The position numbers and the translations under genes are program-made. This document shows positions 26,440 to 36,430 of a DNA stretch of 41,163 nt, one piece after another. Source of the DNA: a virus (taxonomy: Duplodnaviria; Caudoviricetes); the IMG/VR virus record IMGVR_UViG_3300034357_000409, positions 1 through 41,163 of that record. One strand, 5' to 3'. The number at the start of each line of letters is the position of its first letter. The stretch's first letter is position 1. A model generated the notes under the pieces. It was not told where the DNA came from, did no database searches, and saw nothing but the letters and a program-made list of their open reading frames with translations.

Positions 26440-28327
26440 AATCGTCTTTTGTTGGTTGAGCCGCTCCGTAAAGAGTTGCGTAGTTATTTAAATTACTTTC
26501 TATATAATTAGTCCCTTCCGGTATTATTCTAAAAATAAAATTTTCATACGGATAATGTTTACCATTTAAAAATGGATAATCCACACCATTTCTATTAGTA
26601 TCTTTAAAACCATATGAGTAAATATCTCTCCAAATAAATGAACCATATGTTGTTGAGAAATAAGCGTAATCAGGTACATCGTCAACATTATTAACATTAC
26701 CTGTTTCTATGTAATCTGAAAAATCTCTTATTTTTATTTTATTATGTGGTTTATAATAATACCCTAATTGGTTTCTATTATTATCTTTTTTACTAATATC
26801 GAATATAAATGGGTTGAAGGTGAATTTGTGATTTATTTCACTTATTAATCTTTCTTTTTGTTCATAATCATTCCATTCATAAAAACCACCATCTAATATA
26901 TCACCCTCTTTTAATGATTCCATATATTTAAAAACAAGCGGACCATTACCCGGTCCACCACTAATAGTAAATGGTAATGAGTTATTTACAGATAGAGTCC
27001 CCAAAGGATATTGTTGATTATTTCCATCAACAAAGTTAGAATCAGAAGTATTCAAAGACCACCAGTTGTTTGGGTTTTTTGAATTAGTTAATGGTAAATT
27101 AAAATCCCAACCTTGTTTTAATCCCGAATAACCAACACTTGTTGTTTGTAAACCAAAAGTAAAACCAAAATACCCTTTCCAAATTGTTGTAACATATAAT
27201 TCACTCAAAGGTCTTTTTTGATTATCTCTCAACTCATTTATATCAATATCAACATTAAATGATAAGGAATACGACTGACTATTATTTTTAACTGAGGTTC
27301 TTGAAATTTTATTTGGTGTTAACCCACTACTTTCAAATTTTTTATTAACACCAAAAATATTTTTTTCAAATCCAGCATTCACCAAAACATAATCTTCAAC
27401 ATTTGTTAATATTTTATGTTGTAAAACATAATATTTTGATGTTGTGTCATTCGGATTATCATTATTAATCACCCTTTTGAATGTACCTCGAGGTTCGTTG
27501 TCGAAAGTAGTTCCGGTAAATCCAATATTATAAATATTTACGAAATATTCATCTGTTCCCGGTAAACCATTACCCAAACTAAAAACCTGAAAAACACCAT
27601 TAAAACTTGTACTTGGTATATTAACATTTATGTATTCACCAACAGACACTCCATGTTTAACGGGACAATTAAATTGAATTATGGGGTTACCATTTTCTAA
27701 CAATGGATTTGGTGTAACACCATTAGCAATACTAGTTAGAGTACTATCATTAATTTTAACATAAAAAGGAATACCATCAAAAGCTTTCCACGAAAAATAT
27801 CTATTCTTATCCGGAATAAAGTATTCTAAATTTTTATTTACCCCACTAAACGGGTAGCTAATAAAAAAATTCCAATTGTAAGATGACGCACTTTTTGTAA
27901 CAAAGTTTATATGGTTATCCGGTGGTTGAGTGTATCCAACAACATTTGAGTCATTTCGTATAAAATCAAATTCATTATACTGTAAAAATCCCTCCCAATA
28001 AACATCGTTTGGATTAGCCGCACATTGTAAAAAAGATGATGTTAATTCATTAATATAATATAAATTATTTTCTAAAGGAGCGTAATTAGTGATTCCTGTA
28101 TAAGAATTATCAAACAAGACTTGAAATTTACAAGTTGGTCTAAAAATATTAGATTTTTGTCTTTCATCATCAAATAATTGTGATAGATTAATATCAATAG
28201 ACCTATCAAACTCATTTAAGATTTTAGAATTTTGAGTTAATGGTGTCGGTATACTTATATCCGTATTTACAGATGTTTTATACTTCAAAGAACCCAAAAT
28301 AACTTTAGTATCAATTATATTTCCCAT
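26432..28327 (-). CDS. Putative structural protein (631 aa; start moved from 28375 to 28327)
   Basis: ATG at 28327 lies 1 nt after the upstream stop, removing a 47-nt overlap. Internal KHGVSVGEYI beta-barrel-type motif. Confidence 0.65.
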   Translation of the reverse strand: MGNIIDTKVILGSLKYKTSVNTDISIPTPLTQNSKILNEFDRSIDINLSQLFDDERQKSNIFRPTCKFQVLFDNSYTGITNYAPLENNLYYINELTSSFLQCAANPNDVYWEGFLQYNEFDFIRNDSNVVGYTQPPDNHINFVTKSASSYNWNFFISYPFSGVNKNLEYFIPDKNRYFSWKAFDGIPFYVKINDSTLTSIANGVTPNPLLENGNPIIQFNCPVKHGVSVGEYINVNIPSTSFNGVFQVFSLGNGLPGTDEYFVNIYNIGFTGTTFDNEPRGTFKRVINNDNPNDTTSKYYVLQHKILTNVEDYVLVNAGFEKNIFGVNKKFESSGLTPNKISRTSVKNNSQSYSLSFNVDIDINELRDNQKRPLSELYVTTIWKGYFGFTFGLQTTSVGYSGLKQGWDFNLPLTNSKNPNNWWSLNTSDSNFVDGNNQQYPLGTLSVNNSLPFTISGGPGNGPLVFKYMESLKEGDILDGGFYEWNDYEQKERLISEINHKFTFNPFIFDISKKDNNRNQLGYYYKPHNKIKIRDFSDYIETGNVNNVDDVPDYAYFSTTYGSFIWRDIYSYGFKDTNRNGVDYPFLNGKHYPYENFIFRIIPEGTNYIESNLNNYATLYGAAQPTKDDCE

Positions 28328-28328
28328 A

Positions 28329-31300
28329 TTATAATGTTGTTGTTGTATCAATCCATTTAGTTGTGAATCTATCAAATGCGGATTTACCTTGTTTCAAACC
28401 AAAATAGAAATGAAATGGTGCTCCAACAGTAAATAAAGCACCGTCATCAGAATTTGGTATTATACTACTTATAGCCGCGGTTATTTCACCATTTGTATCA
28501 ACAGAATAAATATACCCTTTAAAATATTGTGTTTCATTTCTTTCAGATGTTCTCATATATCTAGACGATAAATTTAGTCTATCTAATGATTGGTATGGTG
28601 AACTTAAAAAATAACTACCACCTATCGGGTTACTACCCCATTCGTTATCTTCAGTTCCAAAAATACTATTACCACCTCTTAAATTCCATTGATAAAATGG
28701 TACTGTTTGTGAAAATACTGGAAAATCATTAAAACTACAATTATTAAACACCGACACATTTGGATTTATTATTGTTCTTTTTGGTGTAATAAAATCTCTA
28801 GTTTGAGTATCCGATGAGAAAAACACACCAAAAAGTCTATTACTACCACTATCATAATAAATCGGATTCTGTATTCCCGGTGGAGAATCAGGATAATTAG
28901 TTGATTGGAATGGTGCAACACCTAATTCAGAATTTATGGAAATCATCTGAGCATAGTCACCGTCAACCATTAATTTAGTTCTACTAAAAAACGATAATAT
29001 CCCAACACCTAAAATTCTCCTTAAAAATGAAGGGGTGGCAAGTCTTGTAATTATTAAAAGATTTAACAATTCAGATACATCACCATAAGTGGTTGTATTC
29101 ACCCTATTTAGGACATAACCATCGAATTTGTCAGAAAGAACAATTTCCTGTAAAAAAATACTTCTAGGTCCTAAATCCATAATTGTTGTTGGATATCTTA
29201 AATTATTAAAATTACCACCATAACCACCTAATGCACCTCCAATAAGTCCACCCGGATTAGGTCTACCAGCACCAACAAAATTAGAAGTATTATTATCCCA
29301 AGGAGAACTTCTATAATAGAAATTTTTTGTTTTTTTGTCAAAATAAAGATTATCCCTACAATGTCTAGCTATTGGTTGATTATTACTATCATAAGTAACA
29401 TCATTAGCGAATGAAAACGCATATAATGTTCCATTTATCCAATTATTGGTAAACAAATGTGAAAAAACATTTCTACACGCACCAAACATCGTTTGAATTC
29501 TATTTGTCCATTCAAAAACAATTAAAAAATCAGAACCGTTTAATAATGAAATAATTGGTTGTGTTATCAATATATAACAACCACCATCAAACTTAACATT
29601 TCCACCACCAAAACTCCAACAATTATCAGTTTTAGGTAAGATAGCTAAAGTATTATTTGGGTTATCATAACAACCAAGCGGAGCCATTTTTCCACAATTG
29701 AACGACTCAATAACTTCATTCACAACTGAAGGTTGCTCATCTGATATATCACTAAATTCATCTCCTTGGTCACCATCAATTAAATTAGAACCAGAACTAT
29801 CAACATTTGTACTAACTGATGCCCCATCATCTGTCACAGTGAAAATAGCAAAATTTGTGTTGGTGTGTAACATAAAACTATTATTCAAGTTGTCTTGGGT
29901 GGTTGTTGATGTTGGTAATCTATCTGACCTCATAACTATTTTGTTTTCAAAGGTACTATTTAGTTGTATTGTTAAATTATTTGAACTAGGGTATTTTGGA
30001 GCATAATAATGTGTTATTGTAGTCGGTTCAGCACCAGCAACAATATCAAGTTTCTGATAAAACATACTACCACCTTCAATCATTTCACCCGGATAGTACC
30101 CTCGGTTATCGTTTGGTGATAAATTTTTTGACCCAACATATCTCCTATAAAATATACCTAATGAAATTGTTGCACTAAAAATATATGGTATATCCCATTC
30201 AACAATAAAACCGTTCCAACCTTGAGTCCCTATTAGTGGTATTGCTGGTGGTATAACTATCCTTGAGGGGTATGTACTACCCATATAAATAAATAAATCT
30301 GGAGCACTTAAACAACGTACAAACACTCTAACCCTAATTCTTGAATTTAATGAACTTAAAACGTATGAGGGTATTGATTTAGAAAAAATATAAGGGTCCA
30401 AATCATTAAGAATTTCTATACCATCTAATGAAGTGGCATTTATTATATTTGCAATAAAAGTAGTTCCATCAGCAGCAACTTCATCAACCTCAACCCAATA
30501 TTCTATAAAATCAGTTGAACCATTAGACCTTCGAGCATACAAAACACTAGTCCACGCACCGGCACCAATTGTTAACGATGTAAATGTGTTTGGTTGTGAA
30601 ACATAATTCGCAACTTCACGAGTACCAACCATATTATTGAATTCCAAAACGGAAAGTGGGGGATTTTCATTTAATGATAAATCATAAATTATTGGTGTTG
30701 ATGGGTCTTCTGCTGTGTATCCACTATAAAAATACGTTATAGTAGCTGAAGGTAATGGTCCTGTGTTAGTATAGTCATTAACCACTTTAGAAACCGGTGA
30801 AATTATTGATACAGATGATAATATATCCGCACTGTTATCCGGTTTAAAATTTCCGTTTGTAGGGTCCAAATTAGAGTAATATGTATGAAAATTAGATGTA
30901 AATGAACTAAAACTAAATTGTCCCACCAAAGATGGTTTAAAATGAAACGAATCAAAATAAAAATCTGACACCAAATTGTCCGAAACTAAATGGTCAACAC
31001 AATTAAAACTGTTTTGAACAGGATAGTTTAATTTAAAATTATTTCCCGTCACTATTGGACCATTTCCGAAATCAAAACCAAACAATCTACTTAAATCATA
31101 TTGAACACTAGTTCTAGTTGTGTTTGGGTCCACACCTCTAACTAAAAAATAAACCATTTGTTTTTGACAAGACCGATAATAGTCAATAGGTTTAAATAAT
31201 CTTTGATTTGAGTCCCACGAGGCATACGCACTTGGTGTTGGGTCAATTCTATAAAATATCATAGAATTACTTAAAAATCGATTGTTGAACGAGTTTATAC

Positions 31301-34013
31301 TATTCCAGTCTGCCCCACTCACAATATTTGTATTACACATACCCGAATAATCTAGATAAGACATACCTTTAATTACTTGAAAATATTCAACATCCGTTGG
31401 GAATTTAGCGTAACTTGCGTCATCACTTTCTGCAACAATTTGATAATTTACCGATTGATTTCCAGTACCATCAGGGTTAGCATAAGTTACGGTAATTGTT
31501 GCCGGAGAAGCTGTTGTACCATTGTTAATTGATGTTCCAGTAATGGTGTTAGTACCAAACTGATTAATTGATGTTCCACTGTTAACAACATTAATATCTT
31601 TAGATAATGCCAAATCTTGAAAAGTAACTAAATCACCTGGTTGTAAAAAATTTGATGATGGTATACAAACAATAGCCAAAACATTATCATAATGAAAATC
31701 AGTTGTTGGATTAGTATTTAAATCAGGTTGAAAAGTAACCTTAATTCTGTTTACACCACCACCTGGATTATTAACACTTTGGTCAAAATATTTTGCTTTA
31801 GTATTAAACAAGTTTAACCTCTCAGGTATTGTTAGACTTGATGTGAAATAAGCATACTCCGGTCCATCAACCACTTGTTCGGCCCTTGGATTTTCATCTG
31901 TTGTTGTTGATGTTATAAGGTCAGGAACTCTTGTGGAACTTACTAATGTCCCTTCTTCAATATTTCCTAAACTATCTCCCGCAAATAAATTTTGATAAAT
32001 TGAGTCTAGTGTATAAACATTAGGGTTATCAGTACTACCCGTTTGACTTACTTTGATAAGATATTGTGTAAATATTTGAAAGGGGGTTAAAAGTGATGTA
32101 CCAACACCTTCAGGTGTTACAGTGTCAGAAGTATCAACGGTTAACTGTTCACTACCAGGTTCGTTTTGCGGTAAACTACCAGCATCACCACAGTCACAAA
32201 ATGAACACTCCGGATATGATAAATTGGGTATTTTGATGTTCTTTAATTTATCCGGGAAACTATTTATATCACGTATAATTTTGTTTAAATCTGCAAAGGT
32301 AGGACAGTTAAGTTTATCTCTAAGTCTTCTAAAAAATCTTCCACCAAGCCAACGTGGTAAGTTTGCTAATGCACCAATTATACTTCTTAAAATGTTACAA
32401 ATAATAATAACAATGGTCAAAACTACAGCAATTATCACACTTAAGATTAATGCTAAAATTTTAAGTAAAAACCAAAGTATGTGTATTACCGGTATTAACG
32501 TTAATAAAATAGGTCTGAATAAATAAATCATTATCCAAAATAAAAAATAAATTAAGTCAAATCTAAAAACACTATCATTTGTAGGAAATTTATTATTTTC
32601 ACTCTCACAAGAATCATCTAAAATGTTTTTTATCCCAATAAATTGATTATTTAAATACCCCTTTCTATATTGGTCCATCATTTGTGAAACAGTATAAACT
32701 TTATTGTATTGCATCATATAGAATGTATCAACACAATCAATCGCAGATTGAATGTCCACATAATCATTCCAATCTAAACTAAAAGCATATGATTTTTCAA
32801 CATCAATACCGTTAGGGGCTGAATTACTTGACACCCAACCATATTCTTTTATGTTAGGAACCAAAAAATAACCACGTCTCACAGTTTCGGATAATGATGG
32901 TGGTTGATTCCACTTTACTTTAAATCTGTATTTTCCTTTAGTAGGGATTCCTTTCTTTGGGTCATCTGATATGATTTGGTCACCAAATTCGTTAGTAATC
33001 AAATAATCTAAGTTCATAGGAACATCAACTAACCAAGTACCATTATCATCAATTACTTGTCCACCCTCATCTAAATCAACAGTTTCTAAAGTTGGTCTTC
33101 CATTATTATCTAAAAATATTGTCTGTCTAACCGCTAAAATTTCACCCGGTCCTGCCACCAATGAACACAAACTACCTGATTTTAATCTTGGTCTACAATT
33201 TCTTGGTAAAAATTCATTATTATTGGATGATATTATGGAACCCATAAATATAGACGTGGGTTTTATCACAATATTGGCTTCCGATGTTAAATCAAAGTCA
33301 GTTCTAGTAATGCCAAGATTACATATTTCAGGCTGACCCCATAGTGGGTCAACCTGTATTGTTCTATTCACACTTATAATTTGAGGTAATTCTTTAAGAT
33401 TATTAGACGATTTGAATTTTGTACCCGAAACTTGTGCTTCAGTTGCAACCCCCATTTTTATTAAATCTTGCGGTGATAAAGAAAATTCACCAATATCCGA
33501 TAGGTCAACATCCATAACAACTGTTTGTGAACCCAATGGAACACCAAATATCATATAATCCCCACTATCATTTGTGACCGCGTTGTATTTGTAATATTTA
33601 TCGTAAACCTCAATAAGGGTTTGATTAACTAAAACATCTTTTCTAGTAAAAAAAGTACCTGTAGGCACATGGGCACTATATGATTTTACATAAGGAAGTA
33701 GATTATATCTATACCCATCATCATTTAAATCTGATAAAGTTTTATAAGGGTATAATTCAGATATTACGGGATTTAATTGGTCTTCACCATCTATAGGTAT
33801 AAAAATAGAAACTTTAGCGTTTGGAACACCAAATCCATTATTTATACTTACTCTACCAACAATAACCCCATAATCGGCACATTGTCTAGTATAAATGTCA
33901 CTTTGTAATATTTTTAAGGAAAGAATCTCTAAATAATCGAATTCTTGGTCTATTTGTACTTTAATAGATTTGTCAACCCCAGGTTGAGTTCTTATTCTAT
34001 ACGATTTTGACAT
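28329..34013 (-). CDS. Very large baseplate-block protein (1894 aa) with an N-terminal carboxypeptidase-regulatory-like beta domain and an internal hydrophobic segment
   Basis: GVIVGRV..NGFGVPNAKVSI...TNDSGDYMIFGVPLG; hydrophobic then basic stretch at aa 485-568; directly downstream of the gp6-like gene. Confidence 0.7.
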   Translation of the reverse strand: MSKSYRIRTQPGVDKSIKVQIDQEFDYLEILSLKILQSDIYTRQCADYGVIVGRVSINNGFGVPNAKVSIFIPIDGEDQLNPVISELYPYKTLSDLNDDGYRYNLLPYVKSYSAHVPTGTFFTRKDVLVNQTLIEVYDKYYKYNAVTNDSGDYMIFGVPLGSQTVVMDVDLSDIGEFSLSPQDLIKMGVATEAQVSGTKFKSSNNLKELPQIISVNRTIQVDPLWGQPEICNLGITRTDFDLTSEANIVIKPTSIFMGSIISSNNNEFLPRNCRPRLKSGSLCSLVAGPGEILAVRQTIFLDNNGRPTLETVDLDEGGQVIDDNGTWLVDVPMNLDYLITNEFGDQIISDDPKKGIPTKGKYRFKVKWNQPPSLSETVRRGYFLVPNIKEYGWVSSNSAPNGIDVEKSYAFSLDWNDYVDIQSAIDCVDTFYMMQYNKVYTVSQMMDQYRKGYLNNQFIGIKNILDDSCESENNKFPTNDSVFRFDLIYFLFWIMIYLFRPILLTLIPVIHILWFLLKILALILSVIIAVVLTIVIIICNILRSIIGALANLPRWLGGRFFRRLRDKLNCPTFADLNKIIRDINSFPDKLKNIKIPNLSYPECSFCDCGDAGSLPQNEPGSEQLTVDTSDTVTPEGVGTSLLTPFQIFTQYLIKVSQTGSTDNPNVYTLDSIYQNLFAGDSLGNIEEGTLVSSTRVPDLITSTTTDENPRAEQVVDGPEYAYFTSSLTIPERLNLFNTKAKYFDQSVNNPGGGVNRIKVTFQPDLNTNPTTDFHYDNVLAIVCIPSSNFLQPGDLVTFQDLALSKDINVVNSGTSINQFGTNTITGTSINNGTTASPATITVTYANPDGTGNQSVNYQIVAESDDASYAKFPTDVEYFQVIKGMSYLDYSGMCNTNIVSGADWNSINSFNNRFLSNSMIFYRIDPTPSAYASWDSNQRLFKPIDYYRSCQKQMVYFLVRGVDPNTTRTSVQYDLSRLFGFDFGNGPIVTGNNFKLNYPVQNSFNCVDHLVSDNLVSDFYFDSFHFKPSLVGQFSFSSFTSNFHTYYSNLDPTNGNFKPDNSADILSSVSIISPVSKVVNDYTNTGPLPSATITYFYSGYTAEDPSTPIIYDLSLNENPPLSVLEFNNMVGTREVANYVSQPNTFTSLTIGAGAWTSVLYARRSNGSTDFIEYWVEVDEVAADGTTFIANIINATSLDGIEILNDLDPYIFSKSIPSYVLSSLNSRIRVRVFVRCLSAPDLFIYMGSTYPSRIVIPPAIPLIGTQGWNGFIVEWDIPYIFSATISLGIFYRRYVGSKNLSPNDNRGYYPGEMIEGGSMFYQKLDIVAGAEPTTITHYYAPKYPSSNNLTIQLNSTFENKIVMRSDRLPTSTTTQDNLNNSFMLHTNTNFAIFTVTDDGASVSTNVDSSGSNLIDGDQGDEFSDISDEQPSVVNEVIESFNCGKMAPLGCYDNPNNTLAILPKTDNCWSFGGGNVKFDGGCYILITQPIISLLNGSDFLIVFEWTNRIQTMFGACRNVFSHLFTNNWINGTLYAFSFANDVTYDSNNQPIARHCRDNLYFDKKTKNFYYRSSPWDNNTSNFVGAGRPNPGGLIGGALGGYGGNFNNLRYPTTIMDLGPRSIFLQEIVLSDKFDGYVLNRVNTTTYGDVSELLNLLIITRLATPSFLRRILGVGILSFFSRTKLMVDGDYAQMISINSELGVAPFQSTNYPDSPPGIQNPIYYDSGSNRLFGVFFSSDTQTRDFITPKRTIINPNVSVFNNCSFNDFPVFSQTVPFYQWNLRGGNSIFGTEDNEWGSNPIGGSYFLSSPYQSLDRLNLSSRYMRTSERNETQYFKGYIYSVDTNGEITAAISSIIPNSDDGALFTVGAPFHFYFGLKQGKSAFDRFTTKWIDTTTTL

Positions 34014-34027
34014 ATTTTATCTTTTTT

Positions 34028-34035
34028 AATAAATA
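34028..34035 (-). promoter_or_regulatory. TATTTAT motif, candidate late promoter
   Basis: Minus strand TATTTATT lies 14 nt before ATG 34013. Confidence 0.42.
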
Positions 34036-34085
34036 GTTAATACACTATTTTTAAAAGATAACTCATAATATTTCAAAATAAATTA

Positions 34086-35924
34086 TTATGAGAAATTAAC
34101 GGTTTTAAGATTTTTAACTCTAATGTTAATATCTTTGTTTGGATATTTAATTTGATATATTTGATTAGGTTCCGCAAATATAGTATCATCAACCAATCCA
34201 ATTTGTTTTGTTGCACTATTACTATATCTCTGAGATGTTTGTGATGAAGAATATTGACCCCCAACTTGATTAAATACTTGAATGTCAGATAGTGAAATTA
34301 CTCCATTTTCACTTTGTATTAATCTTCTTAATTCAGATATATTAACATTTTCTCCCATTTGTCGATTTATCGGGTCAAAATATTCTGAAACAATAGTAAT
34401 TATTTGTGATATTACTGTACCTTGATTTTGTGTGTTATCTAAAACAACATCAACATTTAAACTTAAATCAATTACATTAGCACTTTGTATTGACACATAA
34501 TCATTTATCATACGATAATTTGATAAGTAATTTGCCACATTATTTTTTAAAGTATTTGAAATAACTTCAGTTAACCCACCTGACTCATCATAAGATAACA
34601 TTTGAACAATAATTTTGTTATTATTTTCAGTTATTGAAACTTTTGCCGGTGCTCCGAATTGTGATGGCATTGTTCTTAAAATAGAATCATAATCATTAAC
34701 CGTAACCGCTCTTTTTTGTGACGAAAAATTGTATGACACTAAATTTCTTACTTCTTCCGTCGTTGGGAAGTTAGCTCCTCCGATTGCAGCCGTAACATTA
34801 GTACATCTTAATGAATTAACAACAGTCGTATTGATACTTTCTGACGGACCATTAACAAAGAATGATACCGTACCTATTTGTGTGATGGAATTAACCCCAA
34901 TATTACTACCGGTACCACCACCAACTCTATATTGTACAAATAATGTTGTGTTAGGTTTTAAAGTGCTACCTAACGCTAAATTGTTTGAATACTTGTATAA
35001 ATTTAATTGGAATCCATCTCTAGCAAATTCTCTTAATTGTTCATCAGCTGATTGTGAACCCCCACCAAAAGTCATTTTTAAGAAACCTTCAGGTGTAAAT
35101 TCAGTTATAAACTTTGTACTTGTTTGGATATACTTACCAACTTTAATTCCCGGGGCATCCGATACCTTAGTTGGGTCTTCAACAAATACTCTATCCTCAG
35201 CTAATGCGTCAACTTCATACCATTTGTTATCTAAACCTAAAAATTCTTGAGCTGAAGGTATATTACTATATTGTGTACTATCTTTTAGTAATACACCAGT
35301 GACACCTAAAACATTTTTTTCAGGTAAGAATAATTCATAAAAAGGACGAACATCATTTGATGTTATAACTTTTTTAAACACTTTTGTAGTTCCATTAACA
35401 ACAGTTTCTCTCTTAGTTATAGTATAATTTAATAATTTGTTATTAGAATCAAAATTAGGTATTTTTAATCTATTGGGAAATCCTTCAGCATTTATTGGTG
35501 ACGCAAAATCAATATCATAAACAGTTTCAAAAACTTGTCCAGCACCATTAACCTGAGAACCTCGTCTTAATATACCACAATACCTCAAATCCTCTTTATC
35601 ACCAAAAGCAGGTACTGTGATTGAGAAATCAACCAACGCAACCGATGGTCTCATCCCCGGAACTTTTAAACCATAAGTTTTTGCTATATTAAAAACTGAC
35701 GACCTTTGTTGTGCATATTGTAACACCGTTTCCTGAACACTTCGGTCAATATTAAATTGTAAGTTGTCAGTAACCGCAGCATTCAAATCTAATAACACCG
35801 AAAATACCGAGGCATCATTAAAATTTTGAATGGTGTCGGGATAATATGTTTTAGTAAAGTTAATTAACTCAGTTCTAATCGATTGGAAGTCTCTAGTTGT
35901 ATAGGATATTTTTTTATTAGCCAT
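34086..35924 (-). CDS. Baseplate wedge subunit (T4 gp6 / baseplate J-like)
   Basis: Motifs YTTRDF..IR.EL, DF/NF.DAS....LLDL.A, A....S....A..YG, FG.G, YRVGGG..SN, A.GG and QKRAVT.NDY. Confidence 0.9.
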   Translation of the reverse strand: MANKKISYTTRDFQSIRTELINFTKTYYPDTIQNFNDASVFSVLLDLNAAVTDNLQFNIDRSVQETVLQYAQQRSSVFNIAKTYGLKVPGMRPSVALVDFSITVPAFGDKEDLRYCGILRRGSQVNGAGQVFETVYDIDFASPINAEGFPNRLKIPNFDSNNKLLNYTITKRETVVNGTTKVFKKVITSNDVRPFYELFLPEKNVLGVTGVLLKDSTQYSNIPSAQEFLGLDNKWYEVDALAEDRVFVEDPTKVSDAPGIKVGKYIQTSTKFITEFTPEGFLKMTFGGGSQSADEQLREFARDGFQLNLYKYSNNLALGSTLKPNTTLFVQYRVGGGTGSNIGVNSITQIGTVSFFVNGPSESINTTVVNSLRCTNVTAAIGGANFPTTEEVRNLVSYNFSSQKRAVTVNDYDSILRTMPSQFGAPAKVSITENNNKIIVQMLSYDESGGLTEVISNTLKNNVANYLSNYRMINDYVSIQSANVIDLSLNVDVVLDNTQNQGTVISQIITIVSEYFDPINRQMGENVNISELRRLIQSENGVISLSDIQVFNQVGGQYSSSQTSQRYSNSATKQIGLVDDTIFAEPNQIYQIKYPNKDINIRVKNLKTVNFS

Positions 35925-35928
35925 AATT

Positions 35929-36387
35929 TTATATATTAATAATTACAAAGTCACTATTGTTAAACACATCGTTATTTACCGTGTAATCTATTTTAACCTT
36001 TGCAGTATGTTCTTTATCTGAGATATTCGGAACTCTAAAAACTCTCTCATCGTTATCATTTATGTAACTACCTTTATCTTCTTCACCATCCGAAGCATCA
36101 GTAATACTAATATTTGTTATTGTTATTCCAGGTAAATAAACTCCGGCAGCCTCTCTAATTTCAGATTCAATATCCGAAAATGTTGGACCATCTAAAGGTT
36201 CAAAAATAAATTCATATAATCTTGTTCCAAAATCCGGTAAATAATATCTACTACCTTTTCTAGATAATAGAAGGTGGATTAAATTAGACCTAATTTCTTG
36301 GTCATTATAATCTGATAAATCTAAATATTTTCCATCAAAAGAATCTCTGAAGGGAAAAGTTAAACCATAAGTAAGTCCATCTGCCAT
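35929..36387 (-). CDS. Baseplate gp25-like (GPW/gp25) sheath initiator (152 aa; start moved from 36432 to 36387)
   Basis: G..FPF...I.SNL.HLLL..KGSR...PDFGTRL.E.IFEP signature; TATTTATA lies 3 nt before MADG. Confidence 0.9.
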   Translation of the reverse strand: MADGLTYGLTFPFRDSFDGKYLDLSDYNDQEIRSNLIHLLLSRKGSRYYLPDFGTRLYEFIFEPLDGPTFSDIESEIREAAGVYLPGITITNISITDASDGEEDKGSYINDNDERVFRVPNISDKEHTAKVKIDYTVNNDVFNNSDFVIINI

Positions 36388-36390
36388 AAC

Positions 36391-36398
36391 TATAAATA
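36391..36398 (-). promoter_or_regulatory. TATTTAT motif, candidate late promoter heading the baseplate operon
   Basis: Minus strand TATATTTATAGTTATG. It lies downstream of the nrdA terminator, where a new promoter is required. Confidence 0.58.
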
Positions 36399-36430
36399 TA
36401 ATGTTGTCATTATTTTTTATAAATACACCC

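Noticed and set aside
34073-34264. 63-aa minus-strand ORF overlapping the end of the gp6-like gene as a frameshift product
   Set aside because: No slippery site or structure identified, and the gp6-like ORF is complete without it.
34729-35250. 173-aa plus-strand ORF, and the other short antisense or nested ORFs in the track (e.g. 2521-2859, 29698-30006, 32122-32526, 39889-40179)
   Set aside because: They lie wholly on top of well-supported genes, mostly as codon-register shadows, with no recognisable motifs or initiation signals.
34086-36387. Bacterial extracellular contractile injection system or T6SS locus
   Set aside because: The baseplate genes are embedded among phage replication genes, with no host genes or secretion-system membrane components.
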